The notes beneath the pieces were generated by a model that was not told the origin of the DNA, ran no database searches, and saw nothing but the letters and a program-made list of their open reading frames with translations. This document shows, in pieces, positions 1 through 9,503 of a stretch of 64,000 bases of DNA. Position 1 is the stretch's first letter; every line of letters starts with the position of its first letter. A program made the translations under genes and the position numbers. Where the stretch lies: the NCBI GenBank assembly GCA_040394175.1, contig JBEBSS010000005.1, positions 32,909 through 96,908 on the forward strand. Reading direction: 5' to 3'. Source of the DNA: Leucobacter soli (GTDB lineage: Bacteria > Actinomycetota > Actinomycetes > Actinomycetales > Microbacteriaceae).

Positions 1-36
1 AGCCGCAAGCGCGAGAGGAGGCCGGCAGCGGAGCGC

Positions 37-930
37 TTACTTCAGAGCGATCGCATTCGCCGGAGAACCGCTGCTTCCCGCCAGATGCCAGGGTGCCGAC
101 ACCAGGAGGGAGGTCCACCGTCCGTCCTGCGCCGAATGCGCCGCGAGTTCGTCGAGCCACCACAACTCGCCGAGCGGAATGCCGAGGCGAACCAGCACCC
201 TCCGGTGCAGCGTATGCGGCGCAAGCGGTATCGCTTCGACCGCGATATTGTCACTCGCCACAGCGCTCACTCCCCAGTCCCACAGATATTCGGCGACATC
301 CTCGTCTGCGCCGAGGCCCGGCGAATCCATGCGCGACTTGGCCGCGACACGAGCCTCGGGGCTCGCCGACTGGTACCCGGTCACCCAGCCCGTCCGCACG
401 AGGAGGATGTCGCCCGGCAACGGTTCGACTCCCGCCCAGACGCGGACCTCATCGAGTTCGTTCGCCGTGATCGGTCGATGCGCGTTCCATTCGAGTCGCT
501 CGCCGCGCTCCGCGCACCAGCGCTCGACATCGAGCAGGACCGCCCGTCCGGCGATCCCTCTGCTCGCCCAGGACTCGATGCCGAGCCGCTCATCGGCGAG
601 ATGGTTGTACCTCCCGATCTCAGGATCGGCGATATGCAGAAAACCGTCCCATTGGGAGGAGGACTGCGGGTAGAACGAGTCGACATAGTCGTCGAGGTTC
701 CCCATTGGCGTCCGGTACACCGTGTGCCTGATCGGCTCGCGCGCGAAGAGCGGTGGATCTGGCCAGTCCAATGGCCCGTTCAGGCTGAACATCGCGCCGC
801 TGCGCACCTGCTGCGCCGCGGCGACGATCGCCTCGGGCGTTTGACGGTTCAGCGAGCCCAACACGTCGTCTGCGCCGAACACTCCCTTCGCATCGCCATT
901 CGGCAATTCTTGGAACTTCGGAATCATCAT
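37..930 (-). CDS. Cyclase-family (kynurenine formamidase-like) metal-dependent hydrolase
   Basis: 297 aa; N-terminal 'DDVLGSLN..TPEAI..AA..VRSG..FSL', 'QSSSQWDGFLH' variant of the cyclase metal motif, 'PGDILLVRTG', 'ASDNIAVE', 'GELWWL', 'GSPANAIAL'. Confidence 0.85.
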   Translation of the reverse strand: MMIPKFQELPNGDAKGVFGADDVLGSLNRQTPEAIVAAAQQVRSGAMFSLNGPLDWPDPPLFAREPIRHTVYRTPMGNLDDYVDSFYPQSSSQWDGFLHIADPEIGRYNHLADERLGIESWASRGIAGRAVLLDVERWCAERGERLEWNAHRPITANELDEVRVWAGVEPLPGDILLVRTGWVTGYQSASPEARVAAKSRMDSPGLGADEDVAEYLWDWGVSAVASDNIAVEAIPLAPHTLHRRVLVRLGIPLGELWWLDELAAHSAQDGRWTSLLVSAPWHLAGSSGSPANAIALK

Positions 931-969
931 CGGCCTCCTCGCCTGATGCGACGCGATGGGCCCAAGGCC

Positions 970-1686
970 CTATCCCGTCGGAAAAATATTCTCGTTCTCG
1001 AGCCCGTGAGAGACGATGTAGTCCTTCCAGGCCACGAGGTGGTGGCGCATCGCCTTCTCGGCCCCCGGCGCATCTCCTGCCGCAATGCACTTCGCGATCT
1101 TCACGTGCGCCTGCGCAGTCAGCTCCTCGTCCTCCTGCGAGATCAGATTGTGCCTGAAATGCCCGGAGAGCGGGGAATGCATCGCCTTCATCATGAATTC
1201 GTAGACCCCATTGCCGCAGGCATCGGCGATGGCGCTGTGCAGATCGACCGACTGCCGTGCCGCTCGCTCGTGCTGCGCATCGGCGACGATCTGCTCTCGC
1301 TGCTGATCGTTCGCGTTGAGCGCGGCGAGCCGGGCGACCTCGGGTTCGACGAACAGCCGGAAGTCCGCGAACTCGCCGACCGTGGTCCCGTTGCTGCTGA
1401 ACAGCAGCCCGAGGGCCTCGCTCACCTGGCGAATGTCGATCTGCCGCACGAAGACCCCGCCGCTCGGTCCGCGTCGAATATCGATGAGTCCATCGTTCTC
1501 GAGGATCCGGAGCGCCTCGCGCACGGTCACCCGACCGAGCCCGTGCTCTTCCATCAACTCGTCGACCGAGGGAAGACGGGTGCCGACGGGAAGTCGCTCG
1601 GAGAGAATGCGGCGGCGAAGGGACACGACGACCAGGTCCGATGCCTTGGGCAGCGGAGCGCGGGAAACAATCTTCATGGCGGTCAC
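970..1686 (-). CDS. GntR/FadR-family transcriptional regulator (wHTH + FCD)
   Basis: 'GTRLPSVDELMEEHGLGRVTVREALRILENDGLIDIRRGPSGGVFV'; FCD with 'H..I..AI..GD...AE.AMR.HL'. Confidence 0.93.
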   Translation of the reverse strand: MTAMKIVSRAPLPKASDLVVVSLRRRILSERLPVGTRLPSVDELMEEHGLGRVTVREALRILENDGLIDIRRGPSGGVFVRQIDIRQVSEALGLLFSSNGTTVGEFADFRLFVEPEVARLAALNANDQQREQIVADAQHERAARQSVDLHSAIADACGNGVYEFMMKAMHSPLSGHFRHNLISQEDEELTAQAHVKIAKCIAAGDAPGAEKAMRHHLVAWKDYIVSHGLENENIFPTG

Positions 1687-1758
1687 CCTTTCAAACCTTC
1701 CTCAGCGAGCATCGGTGAGGAAGACCTTGCTTGAGACCCGCGTGAGGGCAATGAGTAC

Positions 1759-1770
1759 ATACATCTGTAT
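1759..1770. promoter_or_regulatory. Candidate GntR operator palindrome ATACA-TC-TGTAT
   Basis: Perfect 5-bp AT-rich inverted repeat in the intergenic gap just upstream of the GntR gene; assignment to GntR is inference. Confidence 0.4.
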
Positions 1771-1798
1771 CTTCACTCACAATACTTCAATTGATCCA

Positions 1799-2548
1799 TC
1801 AGTAACTCGTCCGTCCGCCGCTCGCGTCGACGACCGATCCGGTGGTGAATGAGCACTTGGACGAGACCAGCCAGGCGATCAGTTCGGCCACCTCCTCCGG
1901 CTTCCCCGCACGGTTCATCGGGATCTTCGCGAGCAGCTTCTCGATGTGCGAGGGAGTCGCGCTCGCGATCAACGGCGTCTCGATGACTCCCGGCGTGACC
2001 GCGTTCACAATCACGCCAGAGGTCGCGAGTTCTTTGCCCAGTGACTTCGTCATCGCGATCACCGCGCCCTTCGCGGCCGAGTACGCGCTGCTTCCGGGGT
2101 TTCCCTCTTTGCCTGCCACACTCGCCACGTTGACGATCCGACCATAGCCCGCTTCCCGCATCAGCGGCACCGCCTCTCGACAAGCCAGGTACGGGGCGAA
2201 GTGATGAATGCGCCACATCCGCTCGACGACCTCGGGGCCGGTCTCCCAGAGCGGAGTCGACGGAACCGTCGTCCCGGCGTTGTTGACCAGGATGTCGAGC
2301 CGACCGAACGTTCGATGCGTGAAACCGACGAGCTCGGCGACCTCGGATTCGCTGGTGACATCGCAGCGGCGAAACACCACCGCGGAGTTCGCCCCGCCCA
2401 GTTCCGCAGCGGCCCGTTCCCCCGCTCGCTCGTCGAGGTCGGCGATCACCACCACCGCACCATCCGCAACCAGTTTCCGGGTCAAGGCGAGGCCGATCCC
2501 ACTCGCACCACCGGTGATGATCGCCACCTGGCCGATGAAGTCACTCAT
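1799..2548 (-). CDS. Short-chain dehydrogenase/reductase (SDR)
   Basis: TGGASGIG, NNAG, YSAAK; start moved to ATG 2548, which overlaps the crotonase stop (ATGA). Confidence 0.92.
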   Translation of the reverse strand: MSDFIGQVAIITGGASGIGLALTRKLVADGAVVVIADLDERAGERAAAELGGANSAVVFRRCDVTSESEVAELVGFTHRTFGRLDILVNNAGTTVPSTPLWETGPEVVERMWRIHHFAPYLACREAVPLMREAGYGRIVNVASVAGKEGNPGSSAYSAAKGAVIAMTKSLGKELATSGVIVNAVTPGVIETPLIASATPSHIEKLLAKIPMNRAGKPEEVAELIAWLVSSKCSFTTGSVVDASGGRTSY

Positions 2549-3339
2549 TTCCACGCCCATTCCGCCTTCCGCTTCTCCAAGAACGCATTCATCGCCTCAG
2601 CCGAATCCTCGAACCGTCCGAGCCGGTTCGTGTAGTCCCACTCGGTCCGGTACTGATCTTCCATGAGGTCGGTCTCGATGCGCACGATCGATTCCTTCGC
2701 CAGCCGAATGGCGATCGGACTCTTGCTCGCGATCTCGCGCGCGAGCACCGACGCCGCGGCGAGCGCTTCGCCGGCGGGAACCACTTCTTCGACCGCCCCG
2801 AGACGATACATCTCCTGCGCGCTCTGAGCCCGGCCGGTGAACATCATCATTCTGGCCTTGTGCGAGCCGAGCAGGTGGAGCGCCTTGCTCGCGCCGCCGA
2901 GCAGCCCCACGTTGATCTCGGTGAGCGCGAAGCTCGCGGTTTCCGAGGCGATGATGAGATCGCTCACTCCGATCAGGCCGAATCCGGCCCCGATGGCGGG
3001 GCGTTCAACCGCGGCGATCACTGGCACGGCGCAGTGCCGGATCGCGCTCTGGGCCGCACGCCATTCCCGTCCCGGGTTCAGGCGGGTGGCGAGAGGGACG
3101 TCCTCCCCCGATCCGGTGCCGGGGAGTTCTTTCAAATCGATCCCTCCGCAGAACGCGCGGTCGCCGGCCGCGGCGAGCACCACCGCGCCCACTTCTCGGT
3201 CCTCGGCGAAGCTTTCGAACACCTCGCGCAGCTCGAGTTGCATCGAAAGGCTGACTGCATTCACCGGCGGACGATTCAGCGTGACCACGGCGATGCCGTC
3301 GGCCCGTTCCAGCAGGAGTGTCTCGTATTCGTCTCGCAT
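2545..3339 (-). CDS. Enoyl-CoA hydratase/isomerase (crotonase) family protein
   Basis: 'VTLNRPPVNA', 'AFCGGIDL', 'AIGAG', 'LTEINVGL', C-terminal 'AMNAFLEKR'. Confidence 0.92.
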   Translation of the reverse strand: MRDEYETLLLERADGIAVVTLNRPPVNAVSLSMQLELREVFESFAEDREVGAVVLAAAGDRAFCGGIDLKELPGTGSGEDVPLATRLNPGREWRAAQSAIRHCAVPVIAAVERPAIGAGFGLIGVSDLIIASETASFALTEINVGLLGGASKALHLLGSHKARMMMFTGRAQSAQEMYRLGAVEEVVPAGEALAAASVLAREIASKSPIAIRLAKESIVRIETDLMEDQYRTEWDYTNRLGRFEDSAEAMNAFLEKRKAEWAWK

Positions 3340-3342
3340 GTC

Positions 3343-5283
3343 TCAGTCCTCACTCTTCGTCGTGGTCTCGGCAGGCTCGATGACCTCGTAGTCGTCCGGA
3401 TCGAGCGCTGCTGCTCGCGCGAAGTACTCGACGTTTCTGAAGGACCAGTTGACGTTCTGCCTTCCGAAGCGGTTGACGTAGTAGTTGCGCCCCTTGGGCG
3501 CTTCCTTGTCCCAGATCAGATTGTCGTGCCGCTCGTCGAGTTCGCGGTTGTACTCGCGGAAGACTTCCTCGCGCACATCGATCGCGGCGATCCCCTGCTC
3601 GAGCACGTGCACGATGCCCTGCACTGCGTATCTCGACCAGATCTCGATCCACGAGAGGAACGCCCCGGAGCGTGGCTGGGAGTTCGGGCCGTAGAACATG
3701 TACAGGTTCGGGAAGCCGGGCACGGTCAGCCCGAGATACGCACGCGGGCCGTCTTCCGCCCACGCCGATTCCATCGTGACTCCGTCACGGCCGATGTACT
3801 CGGTCGGCCAGAGGTACTTCGACACGTCGAAGCCCGCCGCGAGCACCACCGCATCCACCTCGTAGTTCGCACCGTCGGCGGTCTCGAGGCCGTGCTCGGT
3901 GAATCGCGCGATGGGTTCGGTCACGAGTTCGACGTTGTCCCGCAGCAGCGCGTCGTACCAGCCGTTGTCCACGACGAGGCGCCTGGCGAGCGGCGCGTAG
4001 TCGGGCAGCACCTTCGCTTCGAGGTCGGGGCGCTGCTCGAGCTTCGAATGGATGTAGCTGGTGAGCGCCTGCCGCAACCCGTCGTTGGCCTGACTGATCT
4101 GCCCGCCCGCTGCCTGCCACTCCGGATCGTACTCCTGCGCATTCTGCATCGCGTCGGTGGTCACCTGGCTGTAATAGCAGTACCAGTTCCAGTAGTAGGG
4201 CACGTGGTCGAAGAGCCAGCGCACCTCGGGCGCGATCGCCTCGCGGTACTGTTCCATCGGCGAGATCCACTGCGGGGTCCGCTGGAACTGGTAGACGAGG
4301 CTGGCGCTTTCCGCAAGCTTCGGCATGAGTTGGACACCGGTCGATCCGTTTCCGAGGATCGCGATGCGCTTTCCGGAGGGATCGAAGCTGTCGTCCCACG
4401 CGGTGGTGTGGAAGATCGGACCGCGGAAGGTCTCGACGCCCTCGATGTCGGGGAGTCTCGGAGTGGCGAACTGGCCTGCGCCGCTGATGATGGCGTTCAC
4501 GCTCCGATGGCTGACGGCACCGTTCGAGTGCCTGAGCTCCAGATCCCAACGACCCGTTCGTTCGTCGAACACCGCCTTGGTGAGCTCCGTGTCGAAGACG
4601 ATGTGCCGGTCGACCCCGTACTCGCTCGCGACGTGGGCGATGTATTTCTTCACCTCCGCCTGGCTGGCGAAGTACTCGGGCCACGGATAGTTCTTGACGA
4701 ACTTGAACTGGTACAGAAAACTGCTCGTGTCCACCCTGGCATCTGGGTAATGATTGAGGTGCCAGGTTCCGCCGATCTCGGCTTGACGCTCGAACACCTC
4801 ATAGGGAATGCCGAGGCGTTCGAGTTGCACTCCGGCAGCGACTCCGCTCGCGCCGGCCCCGATCACGGCGACGACGAAGTCCTCGGGCAGTTCGGGTGCG
4901 CCGTTCGACCAAGCGGCCGCCCGCGGAAACTCCTCGAGTGCGAGTTCTTCGCGACCGAAGCTGAACATTTCGTCGGTGATCTCCTCACCGGTCAGCATCC
5001 CCATCATTCTGCGCTGATCCTCAGCGCTCGGAATCGGAGTCTCCCGCTCCGAGTCCGCACCGAGCAGAAACTCCCGCGCCTTTCGGCGAACGATCTCCGC
5101 ATCCTCCTCGGTGAGCACATAGGCGAAGAAGGCTCCCCCGCGAAGCGGCTCCTTGCGGAGTTCCATCCGCTCGAGATCCGGGTCACGAGTGGATTGGTAC
5201 AGGGCCATCCGGAGGATATTCGGCCGAGCATGCTGAAGGATGCTGTCGATCCGCTCTTCGTCGAGCGGCGAATCTGTGTGCAC
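3343..5283 (-). CDS. Type I Baeyer-Villiger monooxygenase with N-terminal extension (HAPMO-like)
   Basis: GAGASG, 'GGTWHLNHYPDARVD', fingerprint FRGPIFHTTAWD, GNGSTG, 'AAGF'; start moved to GTG 5283 with GGAG RBS. Confidence 0.9.
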   Translation of the reverse strand: MHTDSPLDEERIDSILQHARPNILRMALYQSTRDPDLERMELRKEPLRGGAFFAYVLTEEDAEIVRRKAREFLLGADSERETPIPSAEDQRRMMGMLTGEEITDEMFSFGREELALEEFPRAAAWSNGAPELPEDFVVAVIGAGASGVAAGVQLERLGIPYEVFERQAEIGGTWHLNHYPDARVDTSSFLYQFKFVKNYPWPEYFASQAEVKKYIAHVASEYGVDRHIVFDTELTKAVFDERTGRWDLELRHSNGAVSHRSVNAIISGAGQFATPRLPDIEGVETFRGPIFHTTAWDDSFDPSGKRIAILGNGSTGVQLMPKLAESASLVYQFQRTPQWISPMEQYREAIAPEVRWLFDHVPYYWNWYCYYSQVTTDAMQNAQEYDPEWQAAGGQISQANDGLRQALTSYIHSKLEQRPDLEAKVLPDYAPLARRLVVDNGWYDALLRDNVELVTEPIARFTEHGLETADGANYEVDAVVLAAGFDVSKYLWPTEYIGRDGVTMESAWAEDGPRAYLGLTVPGFPNLYMFYGPNSQPRSGAFLSWIEIWSRYAVQGIVHVLEQGIAAIDVREEVFREYNRELDERHDNLIWDKEAPKGRNYYVNRFGRQNVNWSFRNVEYFARAAALDPDDYEVIEPAETTTKSED

Positions 5284-5289
5284 AGGAAC

Positions 5290-5400
5290 TCCCAATTCGC
5301 GATTATTACTATCTTTACTATAAATAGATACATTTTCGCGAGTCAAGTCGGATTATGTCGAAGAAGATTTACATTGCATTTATAGCAATAATTACTAAGC
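5290..5400. promoter_or_regulatory. AT-rich divergent promoter region between BVMO operon and SDR
   Basis: Very AT-rich tract in a ~70% GC background; contains repeated ATTRCYAT-like units and an ATTGC-N7-GCAAT inverted repeat (5373-5389). Confidence 0.7.
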
Positions 5401-5471
5401 TGAGCGTGCGACGGGACAACCGCTGTCGCCTCACCCCTCCTGGCTGCCGACAACGAAGTGGAGAATGCAGC

Positions 5472-6278
5472 ATGACCGATACTCGAATGATCGACCCCGA
5501 ACTGGTCCCCGACTACGCCGCGCTGCTCCGCCTCGACGGCAGGCTCTTCATCGTCGCAGGCGCCGGACAGGGCATCGGCAGGCAGACCGCGCACGCGCTC
5601 TCGTCCCTCGGCGCACGAGTGCTCTGCGTCGATCGCGACGCGGCGCTCGCGGAAGCGGTCGCGGCAGAGGTCGGAGGAATCGCCCACGTCGCGGACATCA
5701 CGGATCGCCGTGCAGTCGAGGGCGTTCTGGAGCGGGCCGCGCAGGAAGGGAACCTGCGGGGAATCGTCGACATCGTGGGAATCGCTCCCTTCGACGATCT
5801 CGTCGACGTGAGCGACGAGCACTGGGAGCAGGCGATGACCGTCAACGCCAAGCACATGCTGCTGCTGACCAGCCTGGGCGGGAAGGCGCTCGCGGCGAAC
5901 GGCGGCGGCTCGATCACGATGATCGGCTCCGTGAGCGGTATGTTCGCAGCGGAACGACACTCCGTGTACGGAATGGCGAAGGCCGGCGTGATCGCGCTCG
6001 CCAAATCCGCCGCCTCTGAGCTCGGCTCCTCCGGGGTGCGCGTCAATACGGTGTCCCCCGGCATCGTGTGGACCACACGAATCGCAGGACTCATCGGAGA
6101 CGACCGACGCGCGGAATACGACGCGCTCGCTCCGCTCGGGAGCGTTGCGTTCCCGTCTGACATCGCGTCTGCCGTGCTGTTCCTGAGCTCCGACCTCGCA
6201 CGGGACATCACCGGACACAATCTGGTCGTCGACGGCGGCTCATCGATCAAGTCTCCGCTCAACACGGCTGCGATCTGA
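5472..6278 (+). CDS. SDR-family oxidoreductase
   Basis: GAGQGIG, YGMAK, 'RVNTVSPG', 'ITGHNLVVDGG'; start moved to ATG 5472 after GGAG. Confidence 0.9.
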   Translation: MTDTRMIDPELVPDYAALLRLDGRLFIVAGAGQGIGRQTAHALSSLGARVLCVDRDAALAEAVAAEVGGIAHVADITDRRAVEGVLERAAQEGNLRGIVDIVGIAPFDDLVDVSDEHWEQAMTVNAKHMLLLTSLGGKALAANGGGSITMIGSVSGMFAAERHSVYGMAKAGVIALAKSAASELGSSGVRVNTVSPGIVWTTRIAGLIGDDRRAEYDALAPLGSVAFPSDIASAVLFLSSDLARDITGHNLVVDGGSSIKSPLNTAAI

Positions 6279-6284
6279 GTGCGC

Positions 6285-6326
6285 AGGGGCCCGGCCGCCC
6301 ACCTCTCGTGGTCAGGCCGGGCCCCT
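6285..6326. terminator. Hairpin between convergent genes (likely bidirectional terminator)
   Basis: 12-bp perfect inverted repeat AGGGGCCCGGCC (6285-6296) / GGCCGGGCCCCT (6315-6326). Confidence 0.6.
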
Positions 6327-6365
6327 CGTCCGAACCGGAACTTCAGCGCCACCTCGGCGCTCGAA

Positions 6366-8420
6366 TCAGCTCGCCGAAGCGGCCTGTGCGGATTCCTTCT
6401 CGCGCTTGCGCAATTCCTTCTCGTGGATCGGCCACGTCCCCGCCGCGATCTGAGCGTCTACGTAGGCCTGCGCCTCCTGCTGCCGTTCGGCCTCGATGCC
6501 CGTGGCGATCTCGGCGCGCAGCAGCTCAGGGGTCAGTTCGAATGCATCCACGAGATCGAGCGCCTGCTCCCGAATGCGCCCGATCAAGCGATCGATGTAT
6601 GCGGTCACCGCCTCGGCACGGGCGCCGGAGAGCCTTCCGTTGATGAGGTACCACTCGAGATGCTTCTCGATCAGGCGGAATCCGAAGAGATCGCGCAGCC
6701 AGGTCATTACGGTGAGAGTATCGCCGTCGAATCCGGCGAGCGCCTCGGTGAAGGCCTCCCACTGCAGCAGTTCCCCGTGGGCCCGCGCCGCCTCGATCAG
6801 CTTGGCCTGCTGCGTGTTGAACGCGTCCGCGTTCGCGACGGCGCGGTCTTCCCGGGCTACCCCCTTAGTCGCTTCTCGCAGTGCCATCGCCACCTGGGAG
6901 ACCATGGTTTCGACCCGGTCGGTCAGCAGAGTGCGCTGCGATTCGGGATCCCGGATCCCCTCGACGGAGCGCGATCGCTGCCCGAGGTCGGCGATGCTCT
7001 GACCCATCTGGCGCAGGCCGAATCGAGCGGCTCCCTCGCCGATCTGGCCAGCGACGACCTTCGCGATCGCCGCGACGTCGCCATCCTTGAACTTTGCCGC
7101 GTAGTCGGTGAGCAGTCGCTTCCCGACGAGTTGCAGGAGGATGTTGTTGTCCCCCTCGAAGGTGACGTAGATATCGAGATCGGCGCGCCACCCCGTCACG
7201 CGGTTCTTCGCGATGAAGCCGGCACCGCCGGTCGCCTCCCGGACCTCCTGGAGCGTGTCGAGTGCGGCCCAGGTCGAGAGCGGCTTGAGCGCCGCTGCGA
7301 GCGTCTCGAGATCCTCGCGATTCTCGTCGGTATCGTTCGCACCGGAGAAGACCTCGTCGAACGTCTCGAGTAGACGGTGTCCCGCGAACTGCATCGCATA
7401 GGTTTCGGCGAGCAGCGGCAGCAGGCGGCGCTGATAGTGGCCGTAGTCGAGCAAGACGGTGTCCCGGCCGTCCGGCCCCGGGAACTGGCGGCGCTCGCTG
7501 CTATAGCGCACCGCGATCGCGAGCGCTCCCTTCATCGCGTTGACTGCGGCCCCGTCGAGCGAGACGCGTCCCTGCACGAGGGTGCCGATCATGGTGAAGA
7601 AGCGGCGCCCCGGGCTCGCGATGTGCGACGAGTAGGTGCCGTCCGGGTCGACATTGCCGTACCGGTTGAGCAGATTCGTGCGCGGGATGCGCACCTGGGT
7701 GAAGTGGAGCCGGCCGTTGTCGATGCCGTTGAGCCCGCCCTTCACGCCGTCGTCTTCGCTTCCCACCCCGGGCATCATCGTGCCGTCGGGGGTGCGAATC
7801 GGCACGAAGAAGGCGTGCACACCGTGGTTCACTCCGCGGGTGATGAGCTGCGCGAAGACGACGGCGGCCTGGCCGTGCAGTGCGGCGTTGCCGAGGTATT
7901 CCTTCCACGCACCCGTGAAGGGCGTGTGGATCACGAACTCCTCGGCGTCCGGATCGTAGGTCGCCGTGGTGCCGATCGATGCGACGTCGCTGCCGTGGCC
8001 GATCTCCGTCATCGCGAACGCACCGGGCAGTTTCAGCGTCATGACATCGGGCAGCCAGGCTTCGTGGTGCGGCTCGGTGCCGAGGTGCAGGATCGCTGCG
8101 CCGAAGAGCCCCCACTGCACCCCGCTCTTGATCTGCAGCGAGGGGTCGGCGAAGACCAGTTCCTGGAATCCGGCGATATTGCCGCCATGGTTGTCGCTGC
8201 CGCCGAGAGTCTTCGGAAATGCGCGCTGGATCGCTCCCGCTTCGACGAGCAGACCCAGCTGCTCGAGCGCGCGAGCTCGATGATCGTCCATCGACTGTCC
8301 CGGGATGGTCTGGAGACGAGGATCGGAGGCAAGCGCTCGGCCAGCGAGCCGCTCCTCTTTCCACTTTCCATAGAGTGCATCTGCCACGACGGACTTGTCG
8401 ATGCGGGGCGTGGTGCTCAT
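6366..8420 (-). CDS. Acyl-CoA oxidase / acyl-CoA dehydrogenase-family protein
   Basis: 684 aa; 'FAMTEIGHGSDV', 'GLNGIDNGRL', 'FFTMIGTLVQGR', 'VTFEGDN', ACOX-type C-terminus. Confidence 0.92.
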   Translation of the reverse strand: MSTTPRIDKSVVADALYGKWKEERLAGRALASDPRLQTIPGQSMDDHRARALEQLGLLVEAGAIQRAFPKTLGGSDNHGGNIAGFQELVFADPSLQIKSGVQWGLFGAAILHLGTEPHHEAWLPDVMTLKLPGAFAMTEIGHGSDVASIGTTATYDPDAEEFVIHTPFTGAWKEYLGNAALHGQAAVVFAQLITRGVNHGVHAFFVPIRTPDGTMMPGVGSEDDGVKGGLNGIDNGRLHFTQVRIPRTNLLNRYGNVDPDGTYSSHIASPGRRFFTMIGTLVQGRVSLDGAAVNAMKGALAIAVRYSSERRQFPGPDGRDTVLLDYGHYQRRLLPLLAETYAMQFAGHRLLETFDEVFSGANDTDENREDLETLAAALKPLSTWAALDTLQEVREATGGAGFIAKNRVTGWRADLDIYVTFEGDNNILLQLVGKRLLTDYAAKFKDGDVAAIAKVVAGQIGEGAARFGLRQMGQSIADLGQRSRSVEGIRDPESQRTLLTDRVETMVSQVAMALREATKGVAREDRAVANADAFNTQQAKLIEAARAHGELLQWEAFTEALAGFDGDTLTVMTWLRDLFGFRLIEKHLEWYLINGRLSGARAEAVTAYIDRLIGRIREQALDLVDAFELTPELLRAEIATGIEAERQQEAQAYVDAQIAAGTWPIHEKELRKREKESAQAASAS

Positions 8421-8664
8421 TGCAGCTCCTTCACGCGGATGGGAACGGTATGCGTAGTGTCCACGCTAGGGCCGACGTTCACCCCGTTCAACCTGGCGAT
8501 CCTCACTCCACAACGGAACACCGGCGATCCTCCCTCAACATTTGTGGATATGCACCAAATCCCGGCGCCTTGATTTGGAGTCCTCTGCCATAACGACCCC
8601 AAGCCCTGGCGTATTTCCGAGCGGGGGAATAGATTGCTATGATTACCATATAAAAGGAGGTCCG

Positions 8665-9450
8665 ATGGGCGCCGGAATCGAAGTCTCAGTGGTGACGGGA
8701 GCGGGCGGAGGCCTCGGAGGCGGGATCGTCGAAACGCTCCTCGAACGCGGCGACCGTGTCATCGCCGCCGACGTCGACCGATCCGCTCTCGAACGCCTCC
8801 GCGATCGACTCCGCGCACAGCCCATCACGGGCGCCGGCAGCGTCGACGACGCCCTCGAACTCGTCGAACTCGACGTGACGAGCGCAGAGCGCTGGGAATC
8901 GCTGCGGGAAACGGCACGGGAGCGCTTCGGGGACCCGACGGTACTCGTCAACAACGCGGGTATCTCGCCGAAGCACAACGGAGTCAAACTGCCCGGCACT
9001 CAGATTTCACTCGACGAATGGAACGCCGTCATCGCAGTCAATCTCACCGGAGCATTCCTCGGCATGCAGACGCTCATTCCCGCGATGCAGCGGGCCGGAT
9101 ACGGCAGGATCGTGAACATCTCCTCGATGGCTGCCCGCATCGGTGGCAGGATCGCAGGCGTTCACTACTCCGCGACGAAGACGGGACTGCTCGGGTTGAC
9201 CCGTGGCTTCGCGTGGGAACTCGCCCCCTCAGGGATCACGGTGAACGCCGTCGCCCCGGGCCGCATCACGCTGGGGATGGCGCAGCAGACTACGGAAGAG
9301 GTGAATGCCCGAATGCTCGAATCGATCCCCGTCGGTCGCCTCGGCACCCCGGAGGACATCGGCCGGATGGTCGTGTACCTCACCGGAGCCGAGAACGGCT
9401 TCGTCACCGGAGCCACCTTCGACATCAACGGCGGCAACAGCATGCTCTGA
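8665..9450 (+). CDS. SDR (3-oxoacyl-ACP reductase-like)
   Basis: TGAGGGLG, NNAG, YSATK, 'VTGATFDINGG'; AAGGAGG RBS before ATG 8665. Confidence 0.9.
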   Translation: MGAGIEVSVVTGAGGGLGGGIVETLLERGDRVIAADVDRSALERLRDRLRAQPITGAGSVDDALELVELDVTSAERWESLRETARERFGDPTVLVNNAGISPKHNGVKLPGTQISLDEWNAVIAVNLTGAFLGMQTLIPAMQRAGYGRIVNISSMAARIGGRIAGVHYSATKTGLLGLTRGFAWELAPSGITVNAVAPGRITLGMAQQTTEEVNARMLESIPVGRLGTPEDIGRMVVYLTGAENGFVTGATFDINGGNSML

Positions 9451-9503
9451 TCCCGCGGCCCGCTGCGTCCGGCACGAGGGCCGACTTCTCCAGGCCGTGA
9501 CCC

